Part shown: piece after piece, positions 9,721-19,821 of the stretch
Layout of the letters: each line of letters begins with the position of its first letter
Position numbering within the stretch: position 1 is the stretch's first letter
Assembly: GCA_017549765.1 (NCBI GenBank)
Contig: JAFYNM010000029.1
Coordinates: 21,024-85,023, forward strand
DNA length: 64,000 nucleotides
Direction: 5' to 3'
DNA from: Bacteroidales bacterium
GTDB lineage: Bacteria > Bacteroidota > Bacteroidia > Bacteroidales > WCHB1-69
Position numbers and translations under genes: made by a program
The notes under the pieces: model-generated
Databases searched by the model: none
Told to the model about the DNA's origin: nothing
The model's input: the letters and a program-made list of their open reading frames with translations, nothing else

Positions 9721-10878
9721 TTATTTGACGATCATATAATCGTGCATGTCGAGGTGCAGGATGTGCTCTAACTCCGCTTGATGGGCATCATCGGTGCGGA
9801 TAAAGGCGGTGGCGGCCACGCCCACGGAGGGATCGGCCAGCGGACGCAGCTCCAAGACGTCCATCATGTCCTCACGGAACTTCTGCTCGTTGAAGACTTC
9901 CTCGGGTGCAGCATCGGCGGGGCGCTCCAAGACTAGGAAACTGTAGGTGTCGAGCTCTTTGCCCTGCCACATATCCTCCTTGCTGAGATGGATGTTCTCC
10001 AGATAGGCGGTGATGGGATGCAAACCGCTGATGTGGGTCTGCAACTCATTGAGACAGAACCCTGCAAAACGCAACGGGTTGATCTCGATGGGGATGGCCT
10101 TCTTGCCGTCATAGCGGAACTCGATGTGCATGGGGAAGTCGTGCAACTTCAGCACCTTGTTGAGTTGCACAAGGAAGTGCATGAACGGCTCCTCGTACTG
10201 GTCGTACAGCGCTCTGCTGGAGCAGTAGAGACGGTCGGAGGTGTCAGACTCGTTGGCGAAACGGTGGTGGAAGATGTTGAGGATGGTGGGCACGCCCTTC
10301 TCGTCGAAATAGGTATCCACGGCGTACTCTTCTCCTCGGATGTACTCTTCTATCAAGAACTTCTGGGTGCCGATGACGAACTCGGGGAACTGGGTACTCA
10401 CCTTGTGGAAGTTCTCTTGGATGTCGCGGATAGCGGCATGCCATTCTTCCGTATCATGTACCACATGCACACCCGCACTCAGGAAGCCAATGGAGGGCTT
10501 CAGTACCAAAGGATAGGAGAGCTTCTCGGCCTCTATCTTGTCCAGTTTGGCGATTTCCTCCTCGCAGAAGAAGAAGTCGGGATACATGTCCTGGCATATC
10601 CGACGGAAGGTGGCCTTGTCTTTCAACAGTGCGATCTTGTCGAGCAACTCTTGGTCGGGCAGGTGTTCCACCAGCCAGCCCAAAGCGTTCTCCGACATCG
10701 TGTAGAGACGTCCGCGTTGCTGGTAGGCGGCCACAAACTCTTCGTCGTTGTAGAGGTGGAGTGGATATCCGTTCGCTACAATCTGTTCCGACATGGCGTT
10801 GCGCAGGACCGGGAGATGCTGCTCGATGGCAGTCTTGATCAATGTTTCAGATACGTATGGTTTTTCTAAGATGAGCAT
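9721..10878 (-). CDS. ATP-grasp domain protein (carboxylate-amine ligase-like), substrate unknown
   Basis: 385 aa. YPLVLKPSIGFLSAGV, EEYIRGEEYAVD and IEINPLRFAG are ATP-grasp fold signatures. Confidence 0.7.
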   Translation of the reverse strand: MLILEKPYVSETLIKTAIEQHLPVLRNAMSEQIVANGYPLHLYNDEEFVAAYQQRGRLYTMSENALGWLVEHLPDQELLDKIALLKDKATFRRICQDMYPDFFFCEEEIAKLDKIEAEKLSYPLVLKPSIGFLSAGVHVVHDTEEWHAAIRDIQENFHKVSTQFPEFVIGTQKFLIEEYIRGEEYAVDTYFDEKGVPTILNIFHHRFANESDTSDRLYCSSRALYDQYEEPFMHFLVQLNKVLKLHDFPMHIEFRYDGKKAIPIEINPLRFAGFCLNELQTHISGLHPITAYLENIHLSKEDMWQGKELDTYSFLVLERPADAAPEEVFNEQKFREDMMDVLELRPLADPSVGVAATAFIRTDDAHQAELEHILHLDMHDYMIVK

Positions 10879-10926
10879 AGGGTTCTGGTTTTTTCAAAAA
10901 AGATTATAGGGTAGATGAAAAATCTA

Positions 10927-12051
10927 TTATTTGCTGGTTTCTTGATAGCTGAGGATGGCGCCGGTGTTGACCAGTACAGCCATGACGGAGAGGATGATGG
11001 TCTCCTTCTGCACGCTGATGAAGGTACTGCCTTTCAGCACAATCTTCTTGATGACCTCCATATAGAACGACATGGGGTTCAGGTAGTTGATGTGATGCGC
11101 CCATTTCGGCATGCCCTCGGTGGGGGTGAAGAGGCCGCTCAACAATACGAAGATGATGAAGAGGAACAATACAATGAACATGGCCTGAAGCTGGTTCTCG
11201 GAGACGCTGGAGATGAAGAATCCCAGGCCCAGCATGACGAGCAGGTAGATGGCTGTGATGCCGAGCAACAAAGGGATGCTGCCCTGCACGGTGATGCCAA
11301 AGACGAGCTTCATGATGCCGATGCCGAGGATGAATTCCGCCATGCCGAGAATCCAGAAGGGGATCATCTTGCCAATGAGGAACTGCCAACGCCGGATAGG
11401 GGTGACGTTGACCTGCTCAATGGTGCCAATCTCTTTCTCACGTACCAGGTTCAAGGCGGTAACATAACAGCCGATGAGCGTGACCAAGATGACCAAAATG
11501 CCGGGCACGATGAGGTTTTTGTAGTTCATCTGCTCGTTGTACCAATAGATGTAGGAAAGGTTGACGTTGGCAGGGGTCTCTTCGGCAGAGGTATAGACCA
11601 TGTTTTTCTCTTTGAATTCCTGCATGTAACCTCCGATGATCTCCTGCGTGTAGCCCACGCCGATGCCCGCCTTGGTGGTGTTGATGGCGTTGGCGGTGAT
11701 GGCTATGCGCGTGGCGTTTCCGTTCATCAGGTCCTGCTCGAAATGGTTGGGGAACTCAACGATGATGTCCACTTTGTCGTGCTTCAACATCCTGTTGGCC
11801 TCTTTTTTGTTGTGGATGATGCCGTGCGGAACGAAGATGTCGGAAGCGTCAAAGCTGTGGATGATGTCTTGCGTGACACTGGATCCGTCGTGGTCGATGA
11901 AGACGATGTCCAGCACCTTGATCTCGTAGTCGGCACAGAAGGGGAAGATCATGAACTGCACCATGGGGGCCACGATGAGAATGCTCAGCAACAAAGGATT
12001 GCGGAACACCTGCAGAAACTCTTTCTTTATCAGTATCAATATCGTTCTCAT
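10927..12051 (-). CDS. ABC-2 type transporter permease (YbhS/YbhR-like)
   Basis: 374 aa. N-terminal TM helix, large extracytoplasmic loop, then five C-terminal TM helices. Confidence 0.85.
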   Translation of the reverse strand: MRTILILIKKEFLQVFRNPLLLSILIVAPMVQFMIFPFCADYEIKVLDIVFIDHDGSSVTQDIIHSFDASDIFVPHGIIHNKKEANRMLKHDKVDIIVEFPNHFEQDLMNGNATRIAITANAINTTKAGIGVGYTQEIIGGYMQEFKEKNMVYTSAEETPANVNLSYIYWYNEQMNYKNLIVPGILVILVTLIGCYVTALNLVREKEIGTIEQVNVTPIRRWQFLIGKMIPFWILGMAEFILGIGIMKLVFGITVQGSIPLLLGITAIYLLVMLGLGFFISSVSENQLQAMFIVLFLFIIFVLLSGLFTPTEGMPKWAHHINYLNPMSFYMEVIKKIVLKGSTFISVQKETIILSVMAVLVNTGAILSYQETSK

Positions 12052-12054
12052 GGC

Positions 12055-13158
12055 TTAGTTTCTTTTGTCCAACATTTTAAGACTGATACTGATGAATATG
12101 ACGGCCATCCCGAACAGGATGGTCAGGTAGGGCCACACGTCGAAGAAGCCGGAACCTTTGATCATCACATCTTTGATGGCCAGGATGAACCACTTGGCCG
12201 GGAAGATGTTGGCGAGCACCTGGAAGACCATCGGCATACTGTTGAGGGGGAACAGGAATCCAGACAACAGCACGGTGGGCAGGAAGAGGCCCATCATGGT
12301 GATCATCATGGCATCCAGCTGCGTGGTGCTGATAGTGGAGATCAGCATACCGAACGAGGCGGCCGTGAGCATGAAGATGATGCAGAGCAATAACAAGAAG
12401 AAGATGCTGCCGTTGAGTGGCATCTTGAAGACGAACACGCTGATGACGATAATGACGATGGTGCTGATGAAGGAGATGATCATATAAGGAATCACCTTGC
12501 CGATGACGACGTAGATCTTCTTCACTGGCGTGATGAAGAGCATGCGCATCGTGCCTGTCTCCTTCTCACGCGCCAGCGTGATGGAACTCATCAGGGCTGT
12601 CACCAGAATCATGATCAACGTGATGATGCCCGGCACAAACATATAGACACTCTCCATATTGGAGTTGTACTCCATCTTGGTGGTGATGCTGAAGGGCTCT
12701 CCGTGGGTGATGGACTCGTTGTACTCGTTTTGGAAGTCGAGGACGACAGAACGGACATAGTTGTTCAGGATGGAGGCGATGTTGAGGTCGGAGACGTCAT
12801 CGATAACCTGTATGGTGGTGTTGTGCTCTTTCTCTAGCTGGCTCTCGAAGTTGTGGGGTATGACGATGGCCAACTTGATGTTGTTCTCCTTGAACTGGAA
12901 GTCGATTTCCGTTTCCGTGTTAGGGTAGGAGACGATCTGGAAATAGTTGGAGGAGGAGAGCTTCTGGATGAACGCCTGTGACTGGCTGTCTTTGGAGTGG
13001 TCGAGGACGGCGATGCGGGCGTTGTGGATGTCGGTGCTGATGGTGAAGCCGAAGAGCAGTACCAGCGCCACGGGCATGGCTAGGACCAGCAATAGGGTAA
13101 TCCTGTCGCGGAAGATGTGGATGAACTCCTTCTTTAATATCATGCGCAGCTCTTTCAT
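12055..13158 (-). CDS. ABC-2 type transporter permease (YbhS/YbhR-like)
   Basis: 367 aa. Paralogous architecture to the downstream permease. Confidence 0.85.
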   Translation of the reverse strand: MKELRMILKKEFIHIFRDRITLLLVLAMPVALVLLFGFTISTDIHNARIAVLDHSKDSQSQAFIQKLSSSNYFQIVSYPNTETEIDFQFKENNIKLAIVIPHNFESQLEKEHNTTIQVIDDVSDLNIASILNNYVRSVVLDFQNEYNESITHGEPFSITTKMEYNSNMESVYMFVPGIITLIMILVTALMSSITLAREKETGTMRMLFITPVKKIYVVIGKVIPYMIISFISTIVIIVISVFVFKMPLNGSIFFLLLLCIIFMLTAASFGMLISTISTTQLDAMMITMMGLFLPTVLLSGFLFPLNSMPMVFQVLANIFPAKWFILAIKDVMIKGSGFFDVWPYLTILFGMAVIFISISLKMLDKRN

Positions 13159-13170
13159 CCTTTACCTCTT

Positions 13171-13890
13171 TTAGTGTTTGACATATTCTACAAAGACATC
13201 GTTGATGGTGCTCACGCCGACTTGCTGTTTCAGCTCCTCGGGGGTGCCTAACAGCCGGATGTTGCCGTCCGCCATGATGGAGATGCGGTGACAGTACTCC
13301 GCCTCGTCCATGTAGTGGGTCGTGACCAGAATGGTGACGCCCGTGGAGGCAGTCTGATAGATGAGATTCCAGAACTCGCGGCGCACGATCGGATCCACGC
13401 CGGAGGTGGGCTCGTCCAAGAAGACGATCTTGGGCTTGTGCAGGATGGCCGTGGCAAAGGCCAGCTTCTGCTTCCAGCCTAACGGGATGGAGTTGACCAA
13501 CAGGTTGGCCTGCTTGGTCAACTCCAAAGCGGCCAGACTGTCCATGATGCGTTGTTTGAGCTCTGTGCGCGGGATCTTGTAGATGGTGCCGAAGAGTTGC
13601 ATGTTCTCAAAGACGGTCAGGTCGTTATATAGTGAGAAGCGCTGGCTCATATAGCCGATGTTGCGCTTGATGAGCTTGGCTTGGGTGGTCACATCGTAGC
13701 CCGCCACAATCGCCTTGCCAGAGGTGGGCTGCAATAGACCGCTCATCATCTTGATGGCTGTCGTCTTTCCCGCACCGTTGGCTCCCAAGAAGCCGAAGAT
13801 CTCGCCCTCCCGGACCTGGAAGCTGATCTCGTTGACCGCCACAAAGTCGCCGAACTTCTTCGTCAGATGATCTACCTCAATACTATTCAT
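13171..13890 (-). CDS. ABC transporter ATP-binding protein
   Basis: Walker A GANGAGKTT, signature IPLGWKQK, Walker B IVFLDEPTSG. Start taken at MNSIEV (13890), 8 nt overlapping the upstream ATPase. The ORF track extends it to 13929. Confidence 0.88.
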   Translation of the reverse strand: MNSIEVDHLTKKFGDFVAVNEISFQVREGEIFGFLGANGAGKTTAIKMMSGLLQPTSGKAIVAGYDVTTQAKLIKRNIGYMSQRFSLYNDLTVFENMQLFGTIYKIPRTELKQRIMDSLAALELTKQANLLVNSIPLGWKQKLAFATAILHKPKIVFLDEPTSGVDPIVRREFWNLIYQTASTGVTILVTTHYMDEAEYCHRISIMADGNIRLLGTPEELKQQVGVSTINDVFVEYVKH

Positions 13891-14809
13891 GGCGGTGCAT
13901 TTTGACAATTTCAATAAAACAGTCCTCAATGGATGGCTGTATGGGCTTGATCTCGCCGTGCTCCTGTCCTTGCTCCTCCAAGAATTGCAGGAACTGGGGC
14001 ATGGCGGTCTCCATGTCTTCGTAGAAGGCGATATGACAATATTCCCCGTAAGGGTAGTAGTTGCACTGTAAAGGACAGTCTTCCAAGGCTTTGAGCAAAG
14101 AGAAGATGTCGGCGCTCCGGAAGGTGTAGAGGGTGCCTTTGAAGTGCTGGATGATGGACTGCGGGGTGTCGATGCCTAAGATCTTGCCATTCTGTATCAA
14201 GGCGATACGGTCGCAGAGGGTGGCCTCGTCCATGTAAGGCGTGGAGACCAACACAGTGATGCCTTGTGTCTTGATGGTCTGCAGAATCTCCCAGAACTCT
14301 TTGCGGGACACGGGATCCACACCGGTGGTGGGCTCGTCGAGAAAGAGGATACGGGGACGGTGGATGAGAGCACAGCACAAGGCCAGCTTCTGCTTCATGC
14401 CTCCGGAGAGCTTGCCCGCCTTGCGCTTGCTGAAAGGCTCTATCTGCCGCCAGATAGGACGGATCAGGTCCATGTTCTCCTCGATGTTGCTCTTGTACAT
14501 GACCGCGAAGAAGTCCAGGTTCTCCTTCACGGAGAGGTCGGGATATAGCGAGAAGGTGCCCGGCAGATAGCCGATCTCCTGACGCACCAGCTTGTAGTCG
14601 TTGATGAGATCCATCCCCAAGATGCGAATCTCGCCGGAGTCGGGCAACAAAAGGGTGGTGAGGATGTTGAACAGGGTGGACTTGCCCGCTCCGTCAGGGC
14701 CGACCAGACCGAACAACTCGCCCTCCCGGATCTCAAAGGTGATATCCTGGAGCGCCTGGACGGTTTTGTCGTAAACCTTGTTGACTTTCTGAACAGAGAG
14801 CGCTTCCAC
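13883..14809 (-). CDS. ABC transporter ATP-binding protein with C-terminal extension
   Basis: 308 aa. Walker A GPDGAGKST, signature LSGGMKQK, Walker B ILFLDEPTTG. Confidence 0.88.
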   Translation of the reverse strand: MEALSVQKVNKVYDKTVQALQDITFEIREGELFGLVGPDGAGKSTLFNILTTLLLPDSGEIRILGMDLINDYKLVRQEIGYLPGTFSLYPDLSVKENLDFFAVMYKSNIEENMDLIRPIWRQIEPFSKRKAGKLSGGMKQKLALCCALIHRPRILFLDEPTTGVDPVSRKEFWEILQTIKTQGITVLVSTPYMDEATLCDRIALIQNGKILGIDTPQSIIQHFKGTLYTFRSADIFSLLKALEDCPLQCNYYPYGEYCHIAFYEDMETAMPQFLQFLEEQGQEHGEIKPIQPSIEDCFIEIVKMHRHE

Positions 14810-14821
14810 AGCCCGCAGACC

Positions 14822-15748
14822 TTATTTGAAAACTACGTCGCCAGGCATGCCGATCTTGGCCGAGCCGTCGTTCTTGAAGCTGACCTTCACGGCATACACC
14901 AAGTTGGCGCGCTCATCCTTGGTCTGGATCATCTTCGGGGTGAACTCGGCCTTCGGGGAGATCCAGGTGATCTTGCCGTCCAACTTGATGTACTTGCCAT
15001 CGGGCTTGTCCAGACGCACCACGGCTTTCTGGTTCAGCTTAATGGTGGAAAGCTGATCCTCGGTGACATAGACCTTGATGAACATATTGCTCAAGTCGGC
15101 AATCTTGAACAGGGGCTTGCCCTGGTACGCCAACTCGTTCTCTTCAATGTATTTGTTGATGATGGTGCCCGTGATGGGCGTCTTGATGTGGCAACTCTCC
15201 AAAGCGTGCTGGAGCTGCTGGAGCTGGAAGCGCATGGCCTCTACCTCTTCCAGCAACGACTGATCTTGGGTGGACAGGTTGGATTTGGTGGCAGCAATCT
15301 GACTCTTGGTGATGTTGATCTCAGCCTGTATGTCGTCCAACTGCTTCGTGGAGGCGGCGTTGGCCTCTATCAGGTTGCTCACGCGCTGCTTCTCTTTGTT
15401 CAAGGTGTTCAGCTTGTCGTCCAACACCCGCACCTGAGAGGTTGCATTGGGGCGTCGCGCAAGCGTTGCTTTAATTGAAGCTTCCAACTGCTTGATTTGC
15501 AGATGTGTTTGAAAAGTGTCGATACAACCGACAATCTCGTTGGCTTCGTAGGTCTCTCCTTCGTGGATGTTGAATTGGAGCATTTTGCCGTTGGCTTCCG
15601 AAGATACGGTGATCTCGGTTGCTTCACAAACGCCATAAGCGTCAGCGTCGTTTTTGTGTTTGCGACAACTGGTCGCGGAGACGACAATGGCCAGTAGGCA
15701 GAAATAGATACCCAAACGGTGAATAGAGGTCAGCTTGAAAGATGCCAT
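14822..15748 (-). CDS. HlyD-family periplasmic adaptor (membrane fusion protein)
   Basis: 308 aa. Signal/lipobox ATSC, a coiled-coil middle section, and beta-barrel ends typical of YbhG/HlyD adaptors. Confidence 0.8.
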   Translation of the reverse strand: MASFKLTSIHRLGIYFCLLAIVVSATSCRKHKNDADAYGVCEATEITVSSEANGKMLQFNIHEGETYEANEIVGCIDTFQTHLQIKQLEASIKATLARRPNATSQVRVLDDKLNTLNKEKQRVSNLIEANAASTKQLDDIQAEINITKSQIAATKSNLSTQDQSLLEEVEAMRFQLQQLQHALESCHIKTPITGTIINKYIEENELAYQGKPLFKIADLSNMFIKVYVTEDQLSTIKLNQKAVVRLDKPDGKYIKLDGKITWISPKAEFTPKMIQTKDERANLVYAVKVSFKNDGSAKIGMPGDVVFK

Positions 15749-15837
15749 ATAGTGTTTTGTTTTAATCGTAACTAATTGTTCTTAAGTAATTTGATATGTC
15801 CTTCTCGTTATTGTCCAAGGACTGGTTTTAGAAAGTG

Positions 15838-15845
15838 CAAATATA
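15838..15845 (-). promoter_or_regulatory. -7 promoter box (TATATTTG on minus strand) for the HlyD/ABC operon
   Basis: Plus-strand CAAATATA is the reverse complement of TAnnTTTG, 90 nt upstream of the start at 15748. Confidence 0.45.
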
Positions 15846-15936
15846 GTTTTTTTCTCGATTTTTCAAACCTGTCTGATGAAAAGAGTGAGATGCATTGCCG
15901 GCGAGCATAATCGTTTCTTTGAACTCATCTGTTGAT

Positions 15937-15970
15937 AAAAAAAACGGGACTGTCGCAAGGCAGTCCCGTT
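15937..15970 (-). terminator. rho-independent terminator after the aquaporin gene
   Basis: 10-bp stem AACGGGACTG / CAGTCCCGTT. On the minus strand it is followed by a U-run of about 6 nt (8 counting the AA shared with the stem), seen as an A-run on the plus strand. Confidence 0.8.
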
Positions 15971-15998
15971 TGAGGAAAGAAATCCTTTTCAGGAAATA

Positions 15999-16694
15999 TT
16001 ATTTCTCACATTTTTCACATGCAAGGCCTTTCCAAACGAGGGCAGACAGAGCTGCACCTACGAGCGGAGCGCAGATGAACACCCAGAGGTCGCACAGAGC
16101 CTGGCCGCCTGCGAAGATGGCCGGTCCGATGGAACGGGCGGGGTTCACAGAGGTGCCCGTGAGGTTGATGCATACCAGGTGGACGAGGATCAGGGTGAGA
16201 CCGATGGCGAGACCGGCGAGGTTGCCGGCGCCTAACTTGCCGTCAGTAGTTCCGAGAACCACGAGCACGAAGATGAAGGTGGCGATCACCTCTACGAGGC
16301 AAGCGCCCCAGACACCGCCGGCATTGGCCACGCCGTTGCAGCCGAGACCCATCATGTTGTCAGCAATGCCTTCAGCGGAAGGAGTCACCACGTTGACGAG
16401 TGCGAAGAGCACGAGACCGGCGAGGATACCACCGATCACCTGGCCAATCCAGTAGCCACAAGCGTCTTTCCAGCTCATACGGCCGGAGAGAGCCACGGCG
16501 AAGGTGATGGCCGGGTTGATGTGGCAACCGGAAATGCCGCCAATCGTGTAAGCCATAGCTATCACGGTCAGACCGAAGGCGATAGCCGTACCCACTACGC
16601 CCGCAGGAGTAGCGCAACCAAGGAACATGGCAGTACCGCAACCCAGCAGGGTCAGTACGAAAGTTCCAATCATTTCAGCGATAAATTTTTTCAT
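15999..16694 (-). CDS. aqpZ: aquaporin (MIP family channel)
   Basis: 231 aa. Two NPA boxes (HINPAITFA, VNPARSIGPA). Confidence 0.92.
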   Translation of the reverse strand: MKKFIAEMIGTFVLTLLGCGTAMFLGCATPAGVVGTAIAFGLTVIAMAYTIGGISGCHINPAITFAVALSGRMSWKDACGYWIGQVIGGILAGLVLFALVNVVTPSAEGIADNMMGLGCNGVANAGGVWGACLVEVIATFIFVLVVLGTTDGKLGAGNLAGLAIGLTLILVHLVCINLTGTSVNPARSIGPAIFAGGQALCDLWVFICAPLVGAALSALVWKGLACEKCEK

Positions 16695-16724
16695 AATGAT
16701 AAGGTTTTAGTGAATAAAAAGGTG

Positions 16725-18215
16725 TTATTGTTGAATAATGTCATTTGTTTCTTTTTTGCTGATTGACAAGAGACAGGCAAAGACAAGCAATCCATTGACT
16801 ATCAGTAGTTCATATCCGAACTGGAAGCCGTTGAACCATTGTGGTGAATAGCTGGCCAGCACATAGCAGAAAGCCGGGATGACCAGGGAGATGACCGGGA
16901 TCAGGAAGCGGCGGCCGACGGGAATCTGTCGTTTGGTGAACATGCCGAAGATGAAGAGACCCAATAGCGGTCCATACGTGTAAGAGGCCACTTTGAAGAT
17001 GATGCGAATGAGTGCGTCTTTGTGATGACTCGACACGAAGATGATGACCGACAAGAAGAGCAAGGCGATGACGATATGCACGATCCGGCGGATGAGCGCC
17101 TGACGCTCTTCCGTGTACTGCCGGTTCTGAATCTTCAGGATGTCGAAGCAGACGGAGGTGGTCAGCGCCGTAAAGGTGCCGTCGGCGGAGGAGAAACCCG
17201 CGGAGATGAGGCCGAAGATGAAGACGATGGCCCCTAACCTGCCAATGTACTTGAAGGCAATCTCAGGATAGATACGGTCGGTGGGCATGTTGGCAATGTC
17301 GATGCCGTTGCGTTGGGCAAAGACCAGCAACAGAGCGCCCAAGAGAAGGAACAGCACGTTGACAGCCACCAAGATGGTGGTAAAGGAGAAGATGTTGCGT
17401 TGGGCGTCTTTCAGCGACTTGCACGAGAGGTTCTTCTGCATCATGTCCTGATCCAAGCCCGTCATGGCAATGGTGATGAACATGCCGCCTATGATCTGCT
17501 TCAGGAAATAACAGTTGCTGTTCCAGTCGGTGTTCCACACCATACGGCAGTCGGTCCCGTCCTTGCCGGCGGTGGACATCTCAGACCACAGCTGGGAGAA
17601 GGAGGTGTCCATAGTGCGCAGTATCACGATCAGCGTGATGACGAGTGCCCCGATCAGGAAGGTGGTCTGCAGTAGGTCGGTCCACACCACCGTGCGGAGT
17701 CCGCTGCGAAAGGTGTAGAAGAGGATGATGGTGATCATCACGATGGAGGTCGCCCAGATGGGGATGCCTAACCCGTCGAAGACAAAGATCTGCAAGACGA
17801 AGATGACCAGGTACATGCGCAAGGCAGAGCCGAAGAGCCGGGAGATGAAGAAGAGCAGGGAGCCCGTGGCGTGGGCCTCCTTGCCGACGCGCATGCCCAG
17901 GTACTCGTAGATGGAGGTCACCTGAAGCCTGTAATAGAGCGGCAACAATAGCTTAGCAATGACTATGTATCCTAAGATATAGCCGATGACGACCCCGAAA
18001 TAGGTGAACTGGGTGGTATAGACATCGCCCGGCACCGACATGAAGGTGACGCCCGAGAGAGAGCTGCCGATCATGCCGTAAGCGACCACAAACCAAGGCG
18101 ACTGGCGGTTGCCGGTGAAGTAGGACTGGTTGTCCGACTTGCGGGAGGTGATGCCCGCGATGACGAACAACATGACGATGTAGAGGGCGAAGAATATGAG
18201 TATGAACGATGCCAA
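16725..18215 (-). CDS. sodium:solute symporter family transporter
   Basis: 496 aa polytopic membrane protein with SSF-like N-terminus (YFTGNRQSPWFVVAYGMIGSSLSGVTFMSVPG). Confidence 0.8.
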   Translation of the reverse strand: MASFILIFFALYIVMLFVIAGITSRKSDNQSYFTGNRQSPWFVVAYGMIGSSLSGVTFMSVPGDVYTTQFTYFGVVIGYILGYIVIAKLLLPLYYRLQVTSIYEYLGMRVGKEAHATGSLLFFISRLFGSALRMYLVIFVLQIFVFDGLGIPIWATSIVMITIILFYTFRSGLRTVVWTDLLQTTFLIGALVITLIVILRTMDTSFSQLWSEMSTAGKDGTDCRMVWNTDWNSNCYFLKQIIGGMFITIAMTGLDQDMMQKNLSCKSLKDAQRNIFSFTTILVAVNVLFLLLGALLLVFAQRNGIDIANMPTDRIYPEIAFKYIGRLGAIVFIFGLISAGFSSADGTFTALTTSVCFDILKIQNRQYTEERQALIRRIVHIVIALLFLSVIIFVSSHHKDALIRIIFKVASYTYGPLLGLFIFGMFTKRQIPVGRRFLIPVISLVIPAFCYVLASYSPQWFNGFQFGYELLIVNGLLVFACLLSISKKETNDIIQQ

Positions 18216-18242
18216 AACCGTCAGTGTTTAGTGGGAGGAATC

Positions 18243-19550
18243 TTATTTGACGCCGGGCTTGCCTAACAGCAGGAACATATTGCGCTTGTAGGCCTCCACG
18301 CCGGGTTGGTCGAACGGGTTGACCTTCAACATATAGCCGCTGACGGCACAGCTGAACTCAAAGAAGTAGATGAGTTCTCCGAGGGTCTTCTCCGACAATT
18401 CAGGAATGGAGATCTCGATGTTGGGCACTTGGCCGGACACGTGGGCTTGGCAGGTGCCTTCCTGGGCAATATGGCAGATCTCGTTGATGCTGCGGTGCTG
18501 CAGGTAATTGAGACCGTCAGTGTTCTGCTCATCGAAGGGGATCTCCACATGGTGGTGGGCTTTTTCAACCGTCAGCACCGTCTCAAAGAGCTGGCGGGTG
18601 CCCTCTTGGATATACTGTCCCAAAGAGTGCAGATCGGTGGAGAAGATGGCGCCGGCGGGGAAGATGCCCTTGTGCTCCTTGCCCTCGCTCTCGCCGAAGA
18701 GTTGCTTGAACCACTCGACGAAGTAGAAGAGGCGCGGCTCGAAGGAGGTCATCAGTTCCACCTTGAGACCTTGGTTGTAAAGCATATAACGTACCAAAGC
18801 ATACTGCATGGCGGGATTTTCATCGAAGGCGGGGTGGGCGAGGAGGGTCTCGCGGATGCTCTTGGCACCAGCCACCAGCTCGCGGATGGAGAATCCTGCC
18901 ACGGCGATGGGCAGTAGTCCCACCGGGGTCAGCACAGAGTAGCGGCCGCCCACATTGTCGGGGATGACGAAGGTCTCATATTGCTCCTGGGTGGCCAAGG
19001 TGCGCAGGGCCCCGCGCGCGGCGTCGGTGACGGCCACGATGCGCTGCCGGGCCTCCTCAAGACCGTATTTGCGCTCGCAGTGCTGCTTCAAGACACGGAA
19101 GGCGATGGCGGGCTCCGTCGTGGTGCCCGACTTGGAAATGACAATCAGAGAGTAGTCTTTCTTGTCCAAGACCTCCAACAGATCGTGGAGATAGTCTTCG
19201 CTCATATTGTTGCCGGCATAGAGCAGATAGGGGCGCTTCTGCGGCAGCATGGCGCCGAAAGAGTGCTGCAGGGCCTCTACAACGGCACGGGTGCCTAAGT
19301 AGGAACCGCCGATGCCGATGACGACCGTCACCTCTGACTTGCTGGCCAGACGGTCGGCACAACGCTCGATGGCGTCAAAATCCGACTCGCTGATCTCGGC
19401 AGGCAGATCTACCCACCCTAAAAAATCATTGCCGCGGCCGCTCTTCTCGACCGTCGTCCGGAACGCTTCTTCCGCAAGCGCCTGGTGCCCACGCAAAGCT
19501 TCCTCCGGAATGGAAAATGCTGTATTGGTGTAATTAAGCTTCATAAGCAT
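18243..19550 (-). CDS. pgi: glucose-6-phosphate isomerase
   Basis: 435 aa. IGIGGSYLG, VISKSGTTTE and GGRYSVL motifs. Confidence 0.92.
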   Translation of the reverse strand: MLMKLNYTNTAFSIPEEALRGHQALAEEAFRTTVEKSGRGNDFLGWVDLPAEISESDFDAIERCADRLASKSEVTVVIGIGGSYLGTRAVVEALQHSFGAMLPQKRPYLLYAGNNMSEDYLHDLLEVLDKKDYSLIVISKSGTTTEPAIAFRVLKQHCERKYGLEEARQRIVAVTDAARGALRTLATQEQYETFVIPDNVGGRYSVLTPVGLLPIAVAGFSIRELVAGAKSIRETLLAHPAFDENPAMQYALVRYMLYNQGLKVELMTSFEPRLFYFVEWFKQLFGESEGKEHKGIFPAGAIFSTDLHSLGQYIQEGTRQLFETVLTVEKAHHHVEIPFDEQNTDGLNYLQHRSINEICHIAQEGTCQAHVSGQVPNIEISIPELSEKTLGELIYFFEFSCAVSGYMLKVNPFDQPGVEAYKRNMFLLLGKPGVK

Positions 19551-19613
19551 TGAAATGAATGGTTTGTCCTACTCTGTTGATCTGGATTTTCGGTTCTTCC
19601 ATTTTAGAGGTCG

Positions 19614-19621
19614 CAAATATA
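19614..19621 (-). promoter_or_regulatory. -7 promoter box (TATATTTG on minus strand) for pgi/SSF/aqpZ
   Basis: Plus-strand CAAATATA, 64 nt upstream of the pgi start. Confidence 0.5.
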
Positions 19622-19790
19622 AAATTATTATGCTATCGTGTGACCACTTTTTTTTTCATACTTCTAAACAGGTCATTGTCAAAAACCAGTTCACAAACAT
19701 GACGGAATCCTGTTAAGATATTCATCTTTCCGACTTTGAAGAGTGTTGCCCGGAGGATGAATTTTGCTTCGGACGATACGAAAAAATGTG

Positions 19791-19798
19791 TATTTTTG
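19791..19798 (+). promoter_or_regulatory. -7 promoter box TATTTTTG for the barrel/DUF5689 locus
   Basis: Exact TAnnTTTG, 24 nt before the ATG at 19822. It lies inside the longer ORF-track start (19786), which argues for the shorter CDS. Confidence 0.55.
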
Positions 19799-19821
19799 CG
19801 CGTTTTTGTAAATTTACGCTT

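Noticed and set aside
10915-12393. 492-aa plus-strand ORF opposite the two ABC-2 permease genes
   Set aside because: The translation is low-complexity and D/E/H/G-rich, and it spans two well-supported minus-strand genes. It is an antisense artefact.
15895-16455. 186-aa plus-strand ORF opposite the aquaporin gene
   Set aside because: It is a P/R/A/T-rich antisense translation, and the aquaporin frame has both NPA boxes.
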